NCBI GenBank assembly: GCA_965203355.1
Contig: OZ241889.1
Span: 4,107,185 to 4,171,184, forward strand
Origin: Candidatus Latescibacterota bacterium
Lineage (GTDB): Bacteria; Latescibacterota; UBA2968; UBA8231
DNA: 64,000 nt
Direction: 5' to 3'
Both the position numbers and the translations under genes were made by a program. Below, piece after piece: positions 54,484 through 64,000 of the stretch. The notes beneath the pieces were generated by a model. It worked only from the letters and a program-made list of their open reading frames with translations, ran no database searches and was not told the DNA's origin. The number at the start of each line of letters is the position of its first letter. Within the stretch, counting starts at the first letter, position 1.

Positions 54484-55555
54484 ATTTGTGTGCGCGCCAC
54501 AGCAGGACCAAGGCCAAGACAGCAAACAACAGGTTGGCTATCCACGCGCCTAGCCAAGGCGAGAGGATTTGATTCCAACCGAGGGCTTGGCCGGCCTTGA
54601 CGCAACTGTAGTAGACAAAGCAGATCAAGACCCCCAAGCCGAAGCTGTTAGTCAAGCCCGCTCGACGAGCATTGGCACCGAGGGTCGCGCCGAGGGCGAT
54701 GATGACGAAGTTGGTCAGGGGAAAGGATATTTTTAGGTGCAAATCGACGCGCTGGCGCGTGGCGTCCTCCCCGTTGAGGGTGGCGCGGGCGATGTAGTCG
54801 GCCAGCTCGGCGTAATTCATTTCCTCGGGGTCCTTCTGCTGGCGAGCAAAGTCGCTGGGGCGCAACGACAAACTCGGCAGGGCTAGAGTGTCAAAGGAAG
54901 AAGTCGCCACCGCCTCGTCCGCGGCAAAGCGAAAGTGGCGGCCTTCGAGGAGTACCCACATGCCCTCCCGCCACTCCATGCGCCGAGCCACGGCGCGTTC
55001 CAGTGGCGCGTTGCCGTGCAGCCGCTCCCAAGACACTTCGTCGGCGCGTTGTCGCTCCGCATCGTAGCTGCGGGCGTACGCAAACTGATTGTCCGCCGCT
55101 TGGAGCAGCACTTGGCGGCGCGACCCATCGCTGCGATGATAGGACTTAATCTCGTCGCTGATTTGGTTGTACCGATACGTGGCGTACGGCACCACCCAAT
55201 CGGTAAAGAAAAAGGCCGCGACCGCAACGGCCAGGGCGCACGCCAAGACCGGGGCCAGCAGGCGATACAGGCTAATGCCAGTGGCCTTCATGGCGGTGAT
55301 TTCGCTCTGGCGCGCCAAGCTGGTCAAGGCAAAGAGCGCGCCCAGCAGCGCGGCGATCGGCAGGGTCAATATGAGCCAGTACGGGAGCCGATAGATGTAG
55401 TAGAGCACGATCTGCTCGGGACGAGCTTCAAAGTCGATAAACGTATCGATGTTTTCGGTGAGATCGATAATCACCGCGATGAGCAACAGACTGCCCACGG
55501 CGATCCCCAAACACAGCAAAAAGCGGCGCGTCAGATAGAGGTCGAGGATGCGCAT
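54482..55555 (-). CDS. lptG: LPS export ABC transporter permease LptG
   Basis: MRILDLY, SEITAMKATGISLYRL, PEEMNY.EL, KISFP, LGAWIAN. Confidence 0.85.
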   Translation of the reverse strand: MRILDLYLTRRFLLCLGIAVGSLLLIAVIIDLTENIDTFIDFEARPEQIVLYYIYRLPYWLILTLPIAALLGALFALTSLARQSEITAMKATGISLYRLLAPVLACALAVAVAAFFFTDWVVPYATYRYNQISDEIKSYHRSDGSRRQVLLQAADNQFAYARSYDAERQRADEVSWERLHGNAPLERAVARRMEWREGMWVLLEGRHFRFAADEAVATSSFDTLALPSLSLRPSDFARQQKDPEEMNYAELADYIARATLNGEDATRQRVDLHLKISFPLTNFVIIALGATLGANARRAGLTNSFGLGVLICFVYYSCVKAGQALGWNQILSPWLGAWIANLLFAVLALVLLWRAHK

Positions 55556-55556
55556 C

Positions 55557-56855
55557 TTAGGCCTCTTTCGTCCCGCGGCGACCGGCGCGGTCGTACGCGA
55601 CCACCCGCAACAGCCCCCAGCCAACGAGGGCGAAAACCCCATTGGGCGTCCACATGGCCAATGGCGGTGGAATATAGCCGCGGTCGGCTAGCTCCTCGCC
55701 GCCGATGAGGAACATCCAATAGATCCAAAAGAAGAACAGGCTGACGCCGACCGAGACAGCGGCACCGCGCCGGCGAATTAGCGCACCCAATGGGGCACCA
55801 ACCAGCGCAAAAACCAAGCAAGCGGCCGGAATGGATAGCTTCTTGTGAATCTCGACCAAGTACTCGTTGATCTGCCCGGCGCGGTGGTCTAGGTGCCGCC
55901 CCTGTCGGCGCAGGGCCTCAGCCGCCTGTTGCCCCTCTTGCTCTAGCGCGCTGGCCGTAGAGTCGGCGAACAGGCTTTGGTGTAGTTCGAGATAACCCGT
56001 GGCAATCGAATCGAGGCGACCGTAGATGCGCTCCTGCTCGCGGCGGTGCTCCAGCACCAAGCGGCGCATGGCCGCGATGTCTAACTCGCGGTCGCTGCGG
56101 TACGACGAGGGGCGGTGTTCGTAGCGGCGGCGCTCGTCTTTGATGTGCAGCACTTGACGGGCAAAAGTGCCGTAGAAAAAGCGCTCCTCTTGGCCCGCTT
56201 CGACGCGCTGGACATGGCCCCCCTCCAGTTCCAAGCGGATGTAAGCCCCGTCGCCCAACAGCGCGAGGCGCCCCCTAGGGGCGTGGACAATTACCGGCGG
56301 CCCAGGACGCGAGGCGTCGTAGAGTGCGATGCCAGCCAGTTCGTTAGTCTCCGGGTCAATCCGGCGGATCAGTAGGTGATAATGGCCCAAGTCGGGTATG
56401 AAGACCCCTTCCTTTTCTCGCAGCACCAAAGCCGCTTTCGCCCGTTGCAAGCTCGACGACAGGACCCGAGCTTGGTGGTTCCAGTCCGGGAGGATCTGGT
56501 CGTTAAAAAAGATCATCAACAGGGTGAGCAAAAAAGCAGCTACCAGCACCGGCCGCAGGAGCAACCAAAAGCTCACCCCACAGGCTTTGGCCGCGATGAT
56601 TTCCCCGTCGGCGGCGAGGCGGGCAAAGGCCATGAGCACGGCGATGAGCACAGCCATAGGCACGGCCAGTGCCACGATCCAAGCCAAGTTAAAGAGCAAA
56701 AGTTGGAGAGCCGCCAGCAGAGTCAACCCCTTACTCAGCACCTGATCCATCGTCTGCAATACGACGTCGATCAGCAGGACGAAGAGAATCAGCGCAAAGC
56801 CGAGCACAAAGGGCCAACCGTGCTCTTTGAGCACATAGCGGGACAGAGTCGTCAT
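55557..56855 (-). CDS. lptF: LPS export ABC transporter permease LptF
   Basis: LSRYVLKE, DGEIIAAKACGVS, EIHKKLSIP, AMWTPN. Confidence 0.85.
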   Translation of the reverse strand: MTTLSRYVLKEHGWPFVLGFALILFVLLIDVVLQTMDQVLSKGLTLLAALQLLLFNLAWIVALAVPMAVLIAVLMAFARLAADGEIIAAKACGVSFWLLLRPVLVAAFLLTLLMIFFNDQILPDWNHQARVLSSSLQRAKAALVLREKEGVFIPDLGHYHLLIRRIDPETNELAGIALYDASRPGPPVIVHAPRGRLALLGDGAYIRLELEGGHVQRVEAGQEERFFYGTFARQVLHIKDERRRYEHRPSSYRSDRELDIAAMRRLVLEHRREQERIYGRLDSIATGYLELHQSLFADSTASALEQEGQQAAEALRRQGRHLDHRAGQINEYLVEIHKKLSIPAACLVFALVGAPLGALIRRRGAAVSVGVSLFFFWIYWMFLIGGEELADRGYIPPPLAMWTPNGVFALVGWGLLRVVAYDRAGRRGTKEA

Positions 56856-57303
56856 GGGTCGAAAGGGTTACGGAGCTGTGGCGCGCAGCACTCAAGGCAC
56901 CTCGTGGCAAGCGGCGCACCCTCGAACAGCCACGGGCCTAGTTCCCTAAAATATAACGACTTAGGCCGCCGGTTAAAAAAGTACGCCCGCCGCCGTGCAA
57001 CAGGAATGGTTTTTGCAAGGGCTTCCTTGAAATAATTACAGCTACGTGCTATGTTTTCAGGTGGTTGCCCGCTTCGTCTGGGCAGCATCCTCCTGTTTTT
57101 GGGTCTGGAGACCGCCTATCGCGTCTGGTTAATACAGAAGCCGCTCGGCGCATTGCTTTGGCTGTGGCCGAATCACCAGTGGCGGCTTCTGAGTCGTTTC
57201 CGCTAACCTCTTTAGTTGAGACTGCCGAGTCCATTCGGCTATGGCTCGCTCGTTCCCGCCCTTTAGGGCTTGTGAGCACGTCAAACAATAAACGTCGATA
57301 GGT

Positions 57304-60300
57304 GTGAATTTAGAGGTGTTTCTCCGCTTTTTCCGCCCCGCGTTTTCCTCGTGGCTGTGTGTTTCCTTGCTCGCGGTAGTGGCGCACGCCGAGCCTGGCC
57401 TGCACTTTGGGCCGCTGTACGGCCCGCTTTCCCAGCACTTTGCCGTCTCTGGCCAAGCGGCCTTGGGGGCCGGCCAACCGCTCTTGCCCGCCCCGGACCG
57501 CACGCCGATTTCGTACCAAGCCGCCGTGGACTCTTTGGGCATGGCCCACTACGGCCGCCGCGTCAGCGGATTTGCCGAGGGACCAACGATCGCCGTGGAT
57601 CTAGACGACTATCTCCGCATGGAATACCAAGCGAGGCACCGACAGCTTTGGCACCAGCAAATCCGCCGCGACTTTCGCAGCACAGCTTCCGGGCAGCGCC
57701 AGCGCCGGGGCAATCGCTTTGAGTGGACGGTGCCCTTTTCCGCGCCCAAGCCCCTGCGGCGCTTTATCGGCGACAGCGGCCCCAGCCTCGCGCTCAATGG
57801 CTCGCGCACCATCATCATTTCTGGCAAGAGCGAGTGGACCGACGGCGAGGTGCAGACCTCGTTTGGCCGCAGTTCCAAGTTCCCCTCGCTGGGCATCGAA
57901 CAGGAATCCGATTTCACGGTGGAAGGCAAAGTCGGCGAACTGATCAACATCCGCATCGATCAAAACACCCAAAACCTCGGCTCATTCGTGGGCTCCAGTT
58001 TGGGCGACCAGCTATCCAACCAGATCAAGCTCGACTACGAAGGCGAGGAAGACTCCATATTCCAAGAGATACAGGCCGGCAACACCACCCTAGAGCTGCC
58101 CAACACGCGCTTTGTCGGCTTCCGGCAAAAGAACAAGGGCCTCTTTGGCATCCGCGCTAAAGGGCAGGTCGGGCCGCTGGCCTTTACAGCCGTGGCCAGC
58201 CACGAAAAGAGCAAATCCAACCGCCAGACCTTCAAGGGCGGAGCGGCCATCGACACGCTCCAAATCAGAGACTACCAATACCTCCGCAACACGTATTTCT
58301 TCTTACACGAGTTCTACCGCGCCCACCTTGCCGACTTCCGCAGTCTGTTGGAAGGAGTGCCGTTTGGCCCGGAAAACTTCGTCGACATAAGCCGCCTCGA
58401 AGTCTATATCAACGACTTCAGGACGGAAAATGACGCCGAGCTATTCGCCAAGCCCGGCACCGCGTGGGTCGATCCGTCCGATTCGCTCTCCACCGTCGAG
58501 TGCTTTGACGCGGCGGGCAATCGCCTGAGCAACAGCGGCTGCTTTGAGGAGGGGAACTGGCATCGGCTCGATCCAGACGACGATTACTCGGTCGTGGCCG
58601 AGGCCGGTTATATCATCCTCAACACGTCCGTATCAGCCCCCTATGCCATGGCCGTGCATTTCAAAACCAACGCGCCAGACTTCGACGGTACGCTCCAACA
58701 AGAGACCGCGCGGCTCCAAGCCGGCACCGAATCCGACTCCTTGTATCTGAAGCTGATCAAAGCCCGCAATCCCCGCCCGGGCTTTCCCACCTGGAATCTA
58801 GAGTGGAAGAACGTGTACCGCATTGCCTCTGGGTTTTCCACGGGTCGCCGCTTCGATCCCAAGACTTTGCAGGTCGATATCGCCAAGGAAGTACCCGGCC
58901 AAGAGGACCAACTTTCGCAACAGGGTCGCTCCTACTTGCAGATTTTGGGCTTGGACGAACGCGGCCGAGACCCGGGCAGTGCGCCCGACCGCGTCATCGA
59001 CGCCGACTACATCGGGCTGGACGACATCCGCGGGCACTTGATTTTCCCGGACCAGCGGCCCTTTGATCCGCGCTCCAACAAATATCGCGGCCTACTCGAC
59101 GAACCCATCCCGGCCATCTACGACGAGCAGCAGCAACGCTCCCAGACCGAGGCCAGCCGCTACAAAATCCTCGTCCGCGCCGCCTCCTCGGAGCAGCGCA
59201 TCCGGTTGGGTGGCATCTTCGGCGGCGTCCGGGAAGAGACTGTGGAAGTCCAGCTAAACGGCCGCCCCTTGGCGCGAGACACCGACTACCGCGTTGACGT
59301 CATGGGCAGCGTGACGTTTCTCGGCTCGGTCGCTCAGGAAGTAGCCGACCCGGGCGCAGACTTGGAAATCTCCTTTGAATCCGAGGACGTCTTCAACATC
59401 GGCAGCCAGCAAAAGACCCTGTTGGGCTTGCGCACCGAGTACGAGTTCTGGGGCGGCGACGGGCGCGTGGGCAGCACCATGATCTACAACAACGAGCGTT
59501 CGGGCGACCAGCGGGTGCGGGTGGGCAATGAGCCGACGCGCACGGTAATCTGGAACCTCGACTTGCGCGCCCGGCGCGAAGTGCCACTCCTCACCCGCGT
59601 CGTCGACATGCTGCCGCTGGTCAAGACGGCGGTTCCCTCAGAAGTCACCCTAGACGCCGAAATCGCGCAAAGCCGCCCCAACCTCAACACCAAGGGGCGC
59701 GGCTACATCGACGACTTTGAAGACAGCGAGCGGCCCATTTCCCTAATCATCAACCGCACGCGCTGGGCGCCGGCTAGCGCACCAGTTGGCGCACGCTTCG
59801 GCGCGGAAAATCGCGCCCATCTCACCTGGTACAATCCCTACAACGGAGTGCTGCGCACCGACATCTGGCCCAACCAAGAAGAGCAAATCGACGCCCAAAA
59901 CCGGCGCACCGACATCCTAACACTAGATCTGCGGCCGCGCCTTGAAGCCCCCGAGTCCTGGGGCGGAATCACCCGCGCCTTCTCGACGGTCAACGACCTC
60001 TCCGAGTCCAAGTTCCTAGAGATCTGGGTCCGGGGCCAAGAGGGCACCTTGCACCTGAACTTGGGCGACCAAATCAACGAGGACTACATCGCCAATGGCC
60101 GCCTCGACACCGAAGACAAGCCTTACCCCGGGCAAGCCGCCGGGGACGGGAAGGTATCGCGGGAGGAAGACGTGGGCATTGACGGCCGCAACGACGAAGC
60201 CGAGTTGAACTTCTACCTGCGGCTGCAAGACGCCGCGTTCGACACCACCCGCTCCCTAGCCGAGCGGAAGCAAGCCTTTGCCGCGCTCTACCCAGACCCA

Positions 60301-63300
60301 GACCCTCTGCGCCCCAACCGCTCGCCCGACGATCCTGAGGGCGACAACTGGAAATACGACGAGCGCAACGAGGACGATTACAGCCACATCAACGGCACCG
60401 AGAACAACAAAGGAGACAGCGGAAACGGCGACAACCCGGACACCGAAGACCTCAACAACAACGGCGTACTCAACCGACGCAACAACTACTACCACTACGA
60501 AATCGACCTGTCGTCGAGCCACTACGAGGTCGCCGGGACCCAAAACGAGGGCTGGCGTCAACTCCGCGTGCCCCTGTTCGGCCCCCACGTCGAGCGCGTG
60601 GGCTTGCCCGACTCCACCCGCATTGAATACGCGCGCCTGATGCTTTCAAGCGCGCCGCGGTCGGCCCTTTCGGACACCGTGCGCGCCGAGATCGCGCTGG
60701 TGGAAATCGTGGGCAACAAGTGGCAGGGAGACGAAGTAGTGCGGCTCGACGACCGCTTCCCGCTCGGCGACCGCGAGGCCCTCGACGTCACGGTCATCGG
60801 CACCGACAAGAGCCAGAGCTACCGCCCGCCCCCCGGCGTGCGGATCCGCCGCAACGTGCAGTCGCGCACCCGCGAACGCGAGCAGTCTCTGGTGCTGGCC
60901 TACGAAAACCTAGAGCCCGGGCACCAAATGTCGGCGACTCGCATCCTGACCCGCTCGGCCAATTACACCAACTACGAGCGGCTGCGCATGTACGTCTATG
61001 GCGATTCGAGCGGGACCACCGAATACGTCCACGGCGATTCGAGCGACTTGGTGCTCTTCGTGCGCTTTGGCGTGGATTCGACCAACTACTACGAGACCAT
61101 CAGCCCCATTTTCCCGGGTTGGACCGGGGGGCGCAAGGGCTGGAAGGGCAATCAAGTAGATGTGGCTCTGCCGGTCATCTCCCAACTCAAGGCCCTGCTG
61201 CAATCCGGGCAGGCCGATACCACCACGGGCGAGTTCTATTACACCTATCGGGTAATCGACCCGCGCGGGGCACCGCTAGCAGGCAAAACCTCGATCGCGC
61301 AACGCGAGTTGGAAGAACTACACGCGGCGGGCTACGATCCCCAAGTCGAGCACCTTTTCCTAAACCAAGTCTTTGCGCGATCGGACCTGCGCAGCGGCGA
61401 GCAAGCCATGTACCGGGTGCGCGGCAACCCGTCCATGCAGTCGATCAAACAACTGAGCCTGGGCCTGCGCAACCGCGCCACAAACCGCGCGTACAGCGGC
61501 CGCATCTTCCTCGACGAACTGCGCCTCGACGAGGCGCGCAACGATCCCGGGCTGGCCGCGTACGCCCAGCTCAACGCCAAGCTAGCCGATTTTGCCAACC
61601 TCGGCGGCAACGTGCTCTGGCAGCAGGAAAACTTCCGCAGCTTTACCGGCCAAGGCGGCAACAGCACCGACCGCGAAGCCGCGCTGTCGGTCTCCACCAA
61701 CGCGCAAAAACTCCTGCCGAGCAGTTGGGGATTTTCGATCCCGATCAAGGTAAATCTCAGCCGTTCGACCAGCTTGCCGCGCTTCGGCCCCGGCTCGGAC
61801 GTGGAACTGACCGCCGAAGAGAAGCTAGCGCAACAAGCCGTTCGCTCCAAAGAATTCTACGACGTGTCCATCAGCCGGCGGCAGGGCAAAAACTTCTTCT
61901 TGCGCTGGACCCTCGACCAGATGAACCTGCGGCTGTCGCATTCGCGTGAACACAGCTCGGATCCGGTGCGCCCGATCAACGAGCGCGAGGCCCAGACGAT
62001 GAACTTCAACTACAGCATGCCCCTACCCAAACCAGAGCTGCGGATCATGAGCTGGCTACCAGAGTTCATGCCCAAAGGCTGGACGCGGATGGAGTTTCGC
62101 CCACTGCCCACGAGCCTGACCTACGCGGTCAACGGCAGCCGGCGCATTTCGCGGCTGCTGCGGCGCGGCGACGCCGAGCCGACCGCACAGGAGGACTTTA
62201 CGCTCGTCGAAACCTATGCCTCTAAGCTCAATCCGCTCTCCGGTCTATCGGCCAACTACAACCTCAAAATCGACCGAGACTTGGACAAAAAATTCGTCCC
62301 GGACAAGCTCAGCTTTGGGCGCGAAGTCGGGCGCAGACAAACAGCCGACTTGGGCTTTTCGCTGCGCTTGGTCTCGTGGCTGGACCAAAACTACACCTTC
62401 AAGGCCAATTACGAAGAGCAAAACGACCCAGCGCAGCGGCGCGGAGTGGCCCCGGTTGACTCCATCAGCGGCCTGCCGTTCAACCCCCTCGAAATCCGCA
62501 ATCAGAACGACCTGTCCGCACGCCTCAATTTCAAAATCTCCACCCTGCTCAAGAGCTTGGGCCAGCCCCCGGAGCAAAACCGCAAGGCGCGACCGCGCGA
62601 CACAGACGAGGACGGGCAAGGCCAAGCCGAGCCGCCGCAAGGCCCCAACATCCTCCGCCGCCTCGCCGGATGGACCGGCCGCCTCGTCGATCCGATCAAC
62701 GCCAGTTGGCGGCGCAATACCAACTCGCGCCACTTCAATGTGCTGCATCGGCCTTCGCTTTCCTATCAGCTCGGCCTCCAAGACTCCCTGCGGGTGCGGC
62801 AAGCGACCCACGGGCTGACCCACCAAGACAATTGGTCGCATACGTCCTCGTTTGAGGCTGGTTCGGGGATGCGGTTGCCCTTTGGCATTAGCGTCAAGGT
62901 CAACTCCAAGGAGCAAACCACCGAGCGCAGCGGTGCTTCGCAGCAACGGCGGCGCTTGCGCAACGAGCGGACCTACCCGCGCGTGAGTCTCAGCTGGGGA
63001 CGAGCCGACCGGATTCCATTGATAAAGCGAGTGATCAACAGCGCACAGGTAAACGCGAGTTTCGAAGCCTCAGAGGCCAGCGAGGGCGAGGGCAGCCTCG
63101 CGCCCGGCCACTTGCTCTCCGAGGAAACCAAAACCGAGTTCAGGGCGTCGTGGAACGGCCGTTGGCGCTGGGGACCGACCACCACGATCGAGCGCGTACT
63201 CGCCACTTCGGAGAGCCGCGATTTTGAACCAACCGCCGGGGAGGACCGCGGCGAGCAGCCCCTGCGCGGCACCCGCGATAGAGATCAGGTGACCACCACC

Positions 63301-63606
63301 TTCAAGATCACCCATAACCTCAAGCCACGGCGACTGCCCCTAATAGGCCGGCTCAAAAGCGACGTCACGCTCAACTTAGAACAGAAGTTTGAAGAAGAAA
63401 CGCGCTCCATCGCCACCGGCGCCGAAGACCGCGTCCCCAATGACAAAGAAAACCGTTGGCGCACTCAGTTGTCCATGACCTACAACTTCAGTGCGAATTT
63501 TCGCGGCGAGGGGCGAATTCGCATTGAAAACGAAAAAGACCACATCAGAGACAAGACGCGAAAAATCCGCGAAGTGCGACTTTCGGGCACGTTCTTCCTC
63601 CGCTAA
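57304..63606 (+). CDS. sprA: SprA-like outer-membrane translocon (type IX secretion)
   Basis: 2100 aa; IKLDYEGEEDSIFQEIQAGNTTLELP, GLFGIRAKGQVG, YIDDFE, LTWYN, DTEDLNNNG, terminal beta-strand ending FFLR. Confidence 0.85.
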   Translation: MNLEVFLRFFRPAFSSWLCVSLLAVVAHAEPGLHFGPLYGPLSQHFAVSGQAALGAGQPLLPAPDRTPISYQAAVDSLGMAHYGRRVSGFAEGPTIAVDLDDYLRMEYQARHRQLWHQQIRRDFRSTASGQRQRRGNRFEWTVPFSAPKPLRRFIGDSGPSLALNGSRTIIISGKSEWTDGEVQTSFGRSSKFPSLGIEQESDFTVEGKVGELINIRIDQNTQNLGSFVGSSLGDQLSNQIKLDYEGEEDSIFQEIQAGNTTLELPNTRFVGFRQKNKGLFGIRAKGQVGPLAFTAVASHEKSKSNRQTFKGGAAIDTLQIRDYQYLRNTYFFLHEFYRAHLADFRSLLEGVPFGPENFVDISRLEVYINDFRTENDAELFAKPGTAWVDPSDSLSTVECFDAAGNRLSNSGCFEEGNWHRLDPDDDYSVVAEAGYIILNTSVSAPYAMAVHFKTNAPDFDGTLQQETARLQAGTESDSLYLKLIKARNPRPGFPTWNLEWKNVYRIASGFSTGRRFDPKTLQVDIAKEVPGQEDQLSQQGRSYLQILGLDERGRDPGSAPDRVIDADYIGLDDIRGHLIFPDQRPFDPRSNKYRGLLDEPIPAIYDEQQQRSQTEASRYKILVRAASSEQRIRLGGIFGGVREETVEVQLNGRPLARDTDYRVDVMGSVTFLGSVAQEVADPGADLEISFESEDVFNIGSQQKTLLGLRTEYEFWGGDGRVGSTMIYNNERSGDQRVRVGNEPTRTVIWNLDLRARREVPLLTRVVDMLPLVKTAVPSEVTLDAEIAQSRPNLNTKGRGYIDDFEDSERPISLIINRTRWAPASAPVGARFGAENRAHLTWYNPYNGVLRTDIWPNQEEQIDAQNRRTDILTLDLRPRLEAPESWGGITRAFSTVNDLSESKFLEIWVRGQEGTLHLNLGDQINEDYIANGRLDTEDKPYPGQAAGDGKVSREEDVGIDGRNDEAELNFYLRLQDAAFDTTRSLAERKQAFAALYPDPDPLRPNRSPDDPEGDNWKYDERNEDDYSHINGTENNKGDSGNGDNPDTEDLNNNGVLNRRNNYYHYEIDLSSSHYEVAGTQNEGWRQLRVPLFGPHVERVGLPDSTRIEYARLMLSSAPRSALSDTVRAEIALVEIVGNKWQGDEVVRLDDRFPLGDREALDVTVIGTDKSQSYRPPPGVRIRRNVQSRTREREQSLVLAYENLEPGHQMSATRILTRSANYTNYERLRMYVYGDSSGTTEYVHGDSSDLVLFVRFGVDSTNYYETISPIFPGWTGGRKGWKGNQVDVALPVISQLKALLQSGQADTTTGEFYYTYRVIDPRGAPLAGKTSIAQRELEELHAAGYDPQVEHLFLNQVFARSDLRSGEQAMYRVRGNPSMQSIKQLSLGLRNRATNRAYSGRIFLDELRLDEARNDPGLAAYAQLNAKLADFANLGGNVLWQQENFRSFTGQGGNSTDREAALSVSTNAQKLLPSSWGFSIPIKVNLSRSTSLPRFGPGSDVELTAEEKLAQQAVRSKEFYDVSISRRQGKNFFLRWTLDQMNLRLSHSREHSSDPVRPINEREAQTMNFNYSMPLPKPELRIMSWLPEFMPKGWTRMEFRPLPTSLTYAVNGSRRISRLLRRGDAEPTAQEDFTLVETYASKLNPLSGLSANYNLKIDRDLDKKFVPDKLSFGREVGRRQTADLGFSLRLVSWLDQNYTFKANYEEQNDPAQRRGVAPVDSISGLPFNPLEIRNQNDLSARLNFKISTLLKSLGQPPEQNRKARPRDTDEDGQGQAEPPQGPNILRRLAGWTGRLVDPINASWRRNTNSRHFNVLHRPSLSYQLGLQDSLRVRQATHGLTHQDNWSHTSSFEAGSGMRLPFGISVKVNSKEQTTERSGASQQRRRLRNERTYPRVSLSWGRADRIPLIKRVINSAQVNASFEASEASEGEGSLAPGHLLSEETKTEFRASWNGRWRWGPTTTIERVLATSESRDFEPTAGEDRGEQPLRGTRDRDQVTTTFKITHNLKPRRLPLIGRLKSDVTLNLEQKFEEETRSIATGAEDRVPNDKENRWRTQLSMTYNFSANFRGEGRIRIENEKDHIRDKTRKIREVRLSGTFFLR

Positions 63607-63641
63607 AGCATATTGCCCGACGCGGACGTGGGAGGTATTAT

Positions 63642-64000
63642 TTGTTCAATCAACGCGAGCAACGCGCACTCATCGGCCTAACAGCGGCCTTGCTCATCGG
63701 GATGATCGTCGCCATCGGCGATTGGCATCGCCCCTCGCAGTCAGCGGAATTTAGCATTGTGCCGCGCGCAGTTGCTCCGCCGCCACCGCGCCAAGTGGCG
63801 GCAGCCGATCAGGGGCCGCTGTCGCTCAATTCGGCTACGGTAGCAGAATTAGTCGCACTGCCGACAATCGGCCCCAAGATCGCCGCACGCATCGTCGCCT
63901 TCCGCCGCGAGCACGGCCCTTTTGCCCGGCTGGAGCAACTAACCCAAGTCAATGGCATCGGCGCGAAGACGCTAGAAAAGCTCCGTCCTTTGCTCACAGT
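63642..64000 (+). CDS. comEA: ComEA family helix-hairpin-helix DNA-binding protein (3'-truncated by window edge)
   Basis: RBS GGAGG, TTG 63642; FNQREQRALIGL TM; LNSATVAELVALPTIGPKIAARIVAFRREHGPF...VNGIGAKTLEKL; absent from the ORF track. Confidence 0.88.
   Translation, partial: MFNQREQRALIGLTAALLIGMIVAIGDWHRPSQSAEFSIVPRAVAPPPPRQVAAADQGPLSLNSATVAELVALPTIGPKIAARIVAFRREHGPFARLEQLTQVNGIGAKTLEKLRPLLT

Noticed and set aside
2557-62946. Numerous long alternative-frame or antisense ORFs (e.g. 2557..3717, 27054..28238, 36020..36826, 60720..61949)
   Set aside because: Shadow ORFs of GC-rich genes; Arg/Pro/Ala-rich with no motifs and fully overlapping well-supported CDSs

Overview
GC-rich bacterial chromosomal segment. 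The gene content (SprA-like translocon, FlgD-Ig/'PNPFTPNGDG' C-terminal domain proteins, DUF6785-type membrane protein, 'TAVExxSWGxIK' tail, many TPR and FG-GAP proteins) suggests an FCB-superphylum organism outside Bacteroidota, e.g. Latescibacterota-like; this is inference. Housekeeping and metabolic genes: nth, two ABC importers, purF-like, P-II, class I aldolase, def, larE, selA, lptFG, LysM amidase, comEA and tRNA-Asp. The main accessory feature is a ~24 kb envelope cluster (6-30 kb). It encodes three paralogous secreted proteins ending in a T9SS-like CTD (...AVAY), a large Asp-rich putative outer-membrane barrel, a parvulin chaperone, a PMT/GT39-like glycosyltransferase-TPR, TPR/FG-GAP proteins, a DUF6785-type inner-membrane protein, and a CBM9-like protein behind a poly-T promoter. 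A SprA-like gene lies ~27 kb further on. Several small defence/TA scars are also present: orphan HigA, a DUF5615 PIN remnant, a helicase N-terminal remnant, an HTH-fused methyltransferase facing a truncated restriction enzyme, and an AT-rich nuclease-like glycine-zipper gene. All family calls are by motif recognition only; no database searches were run.
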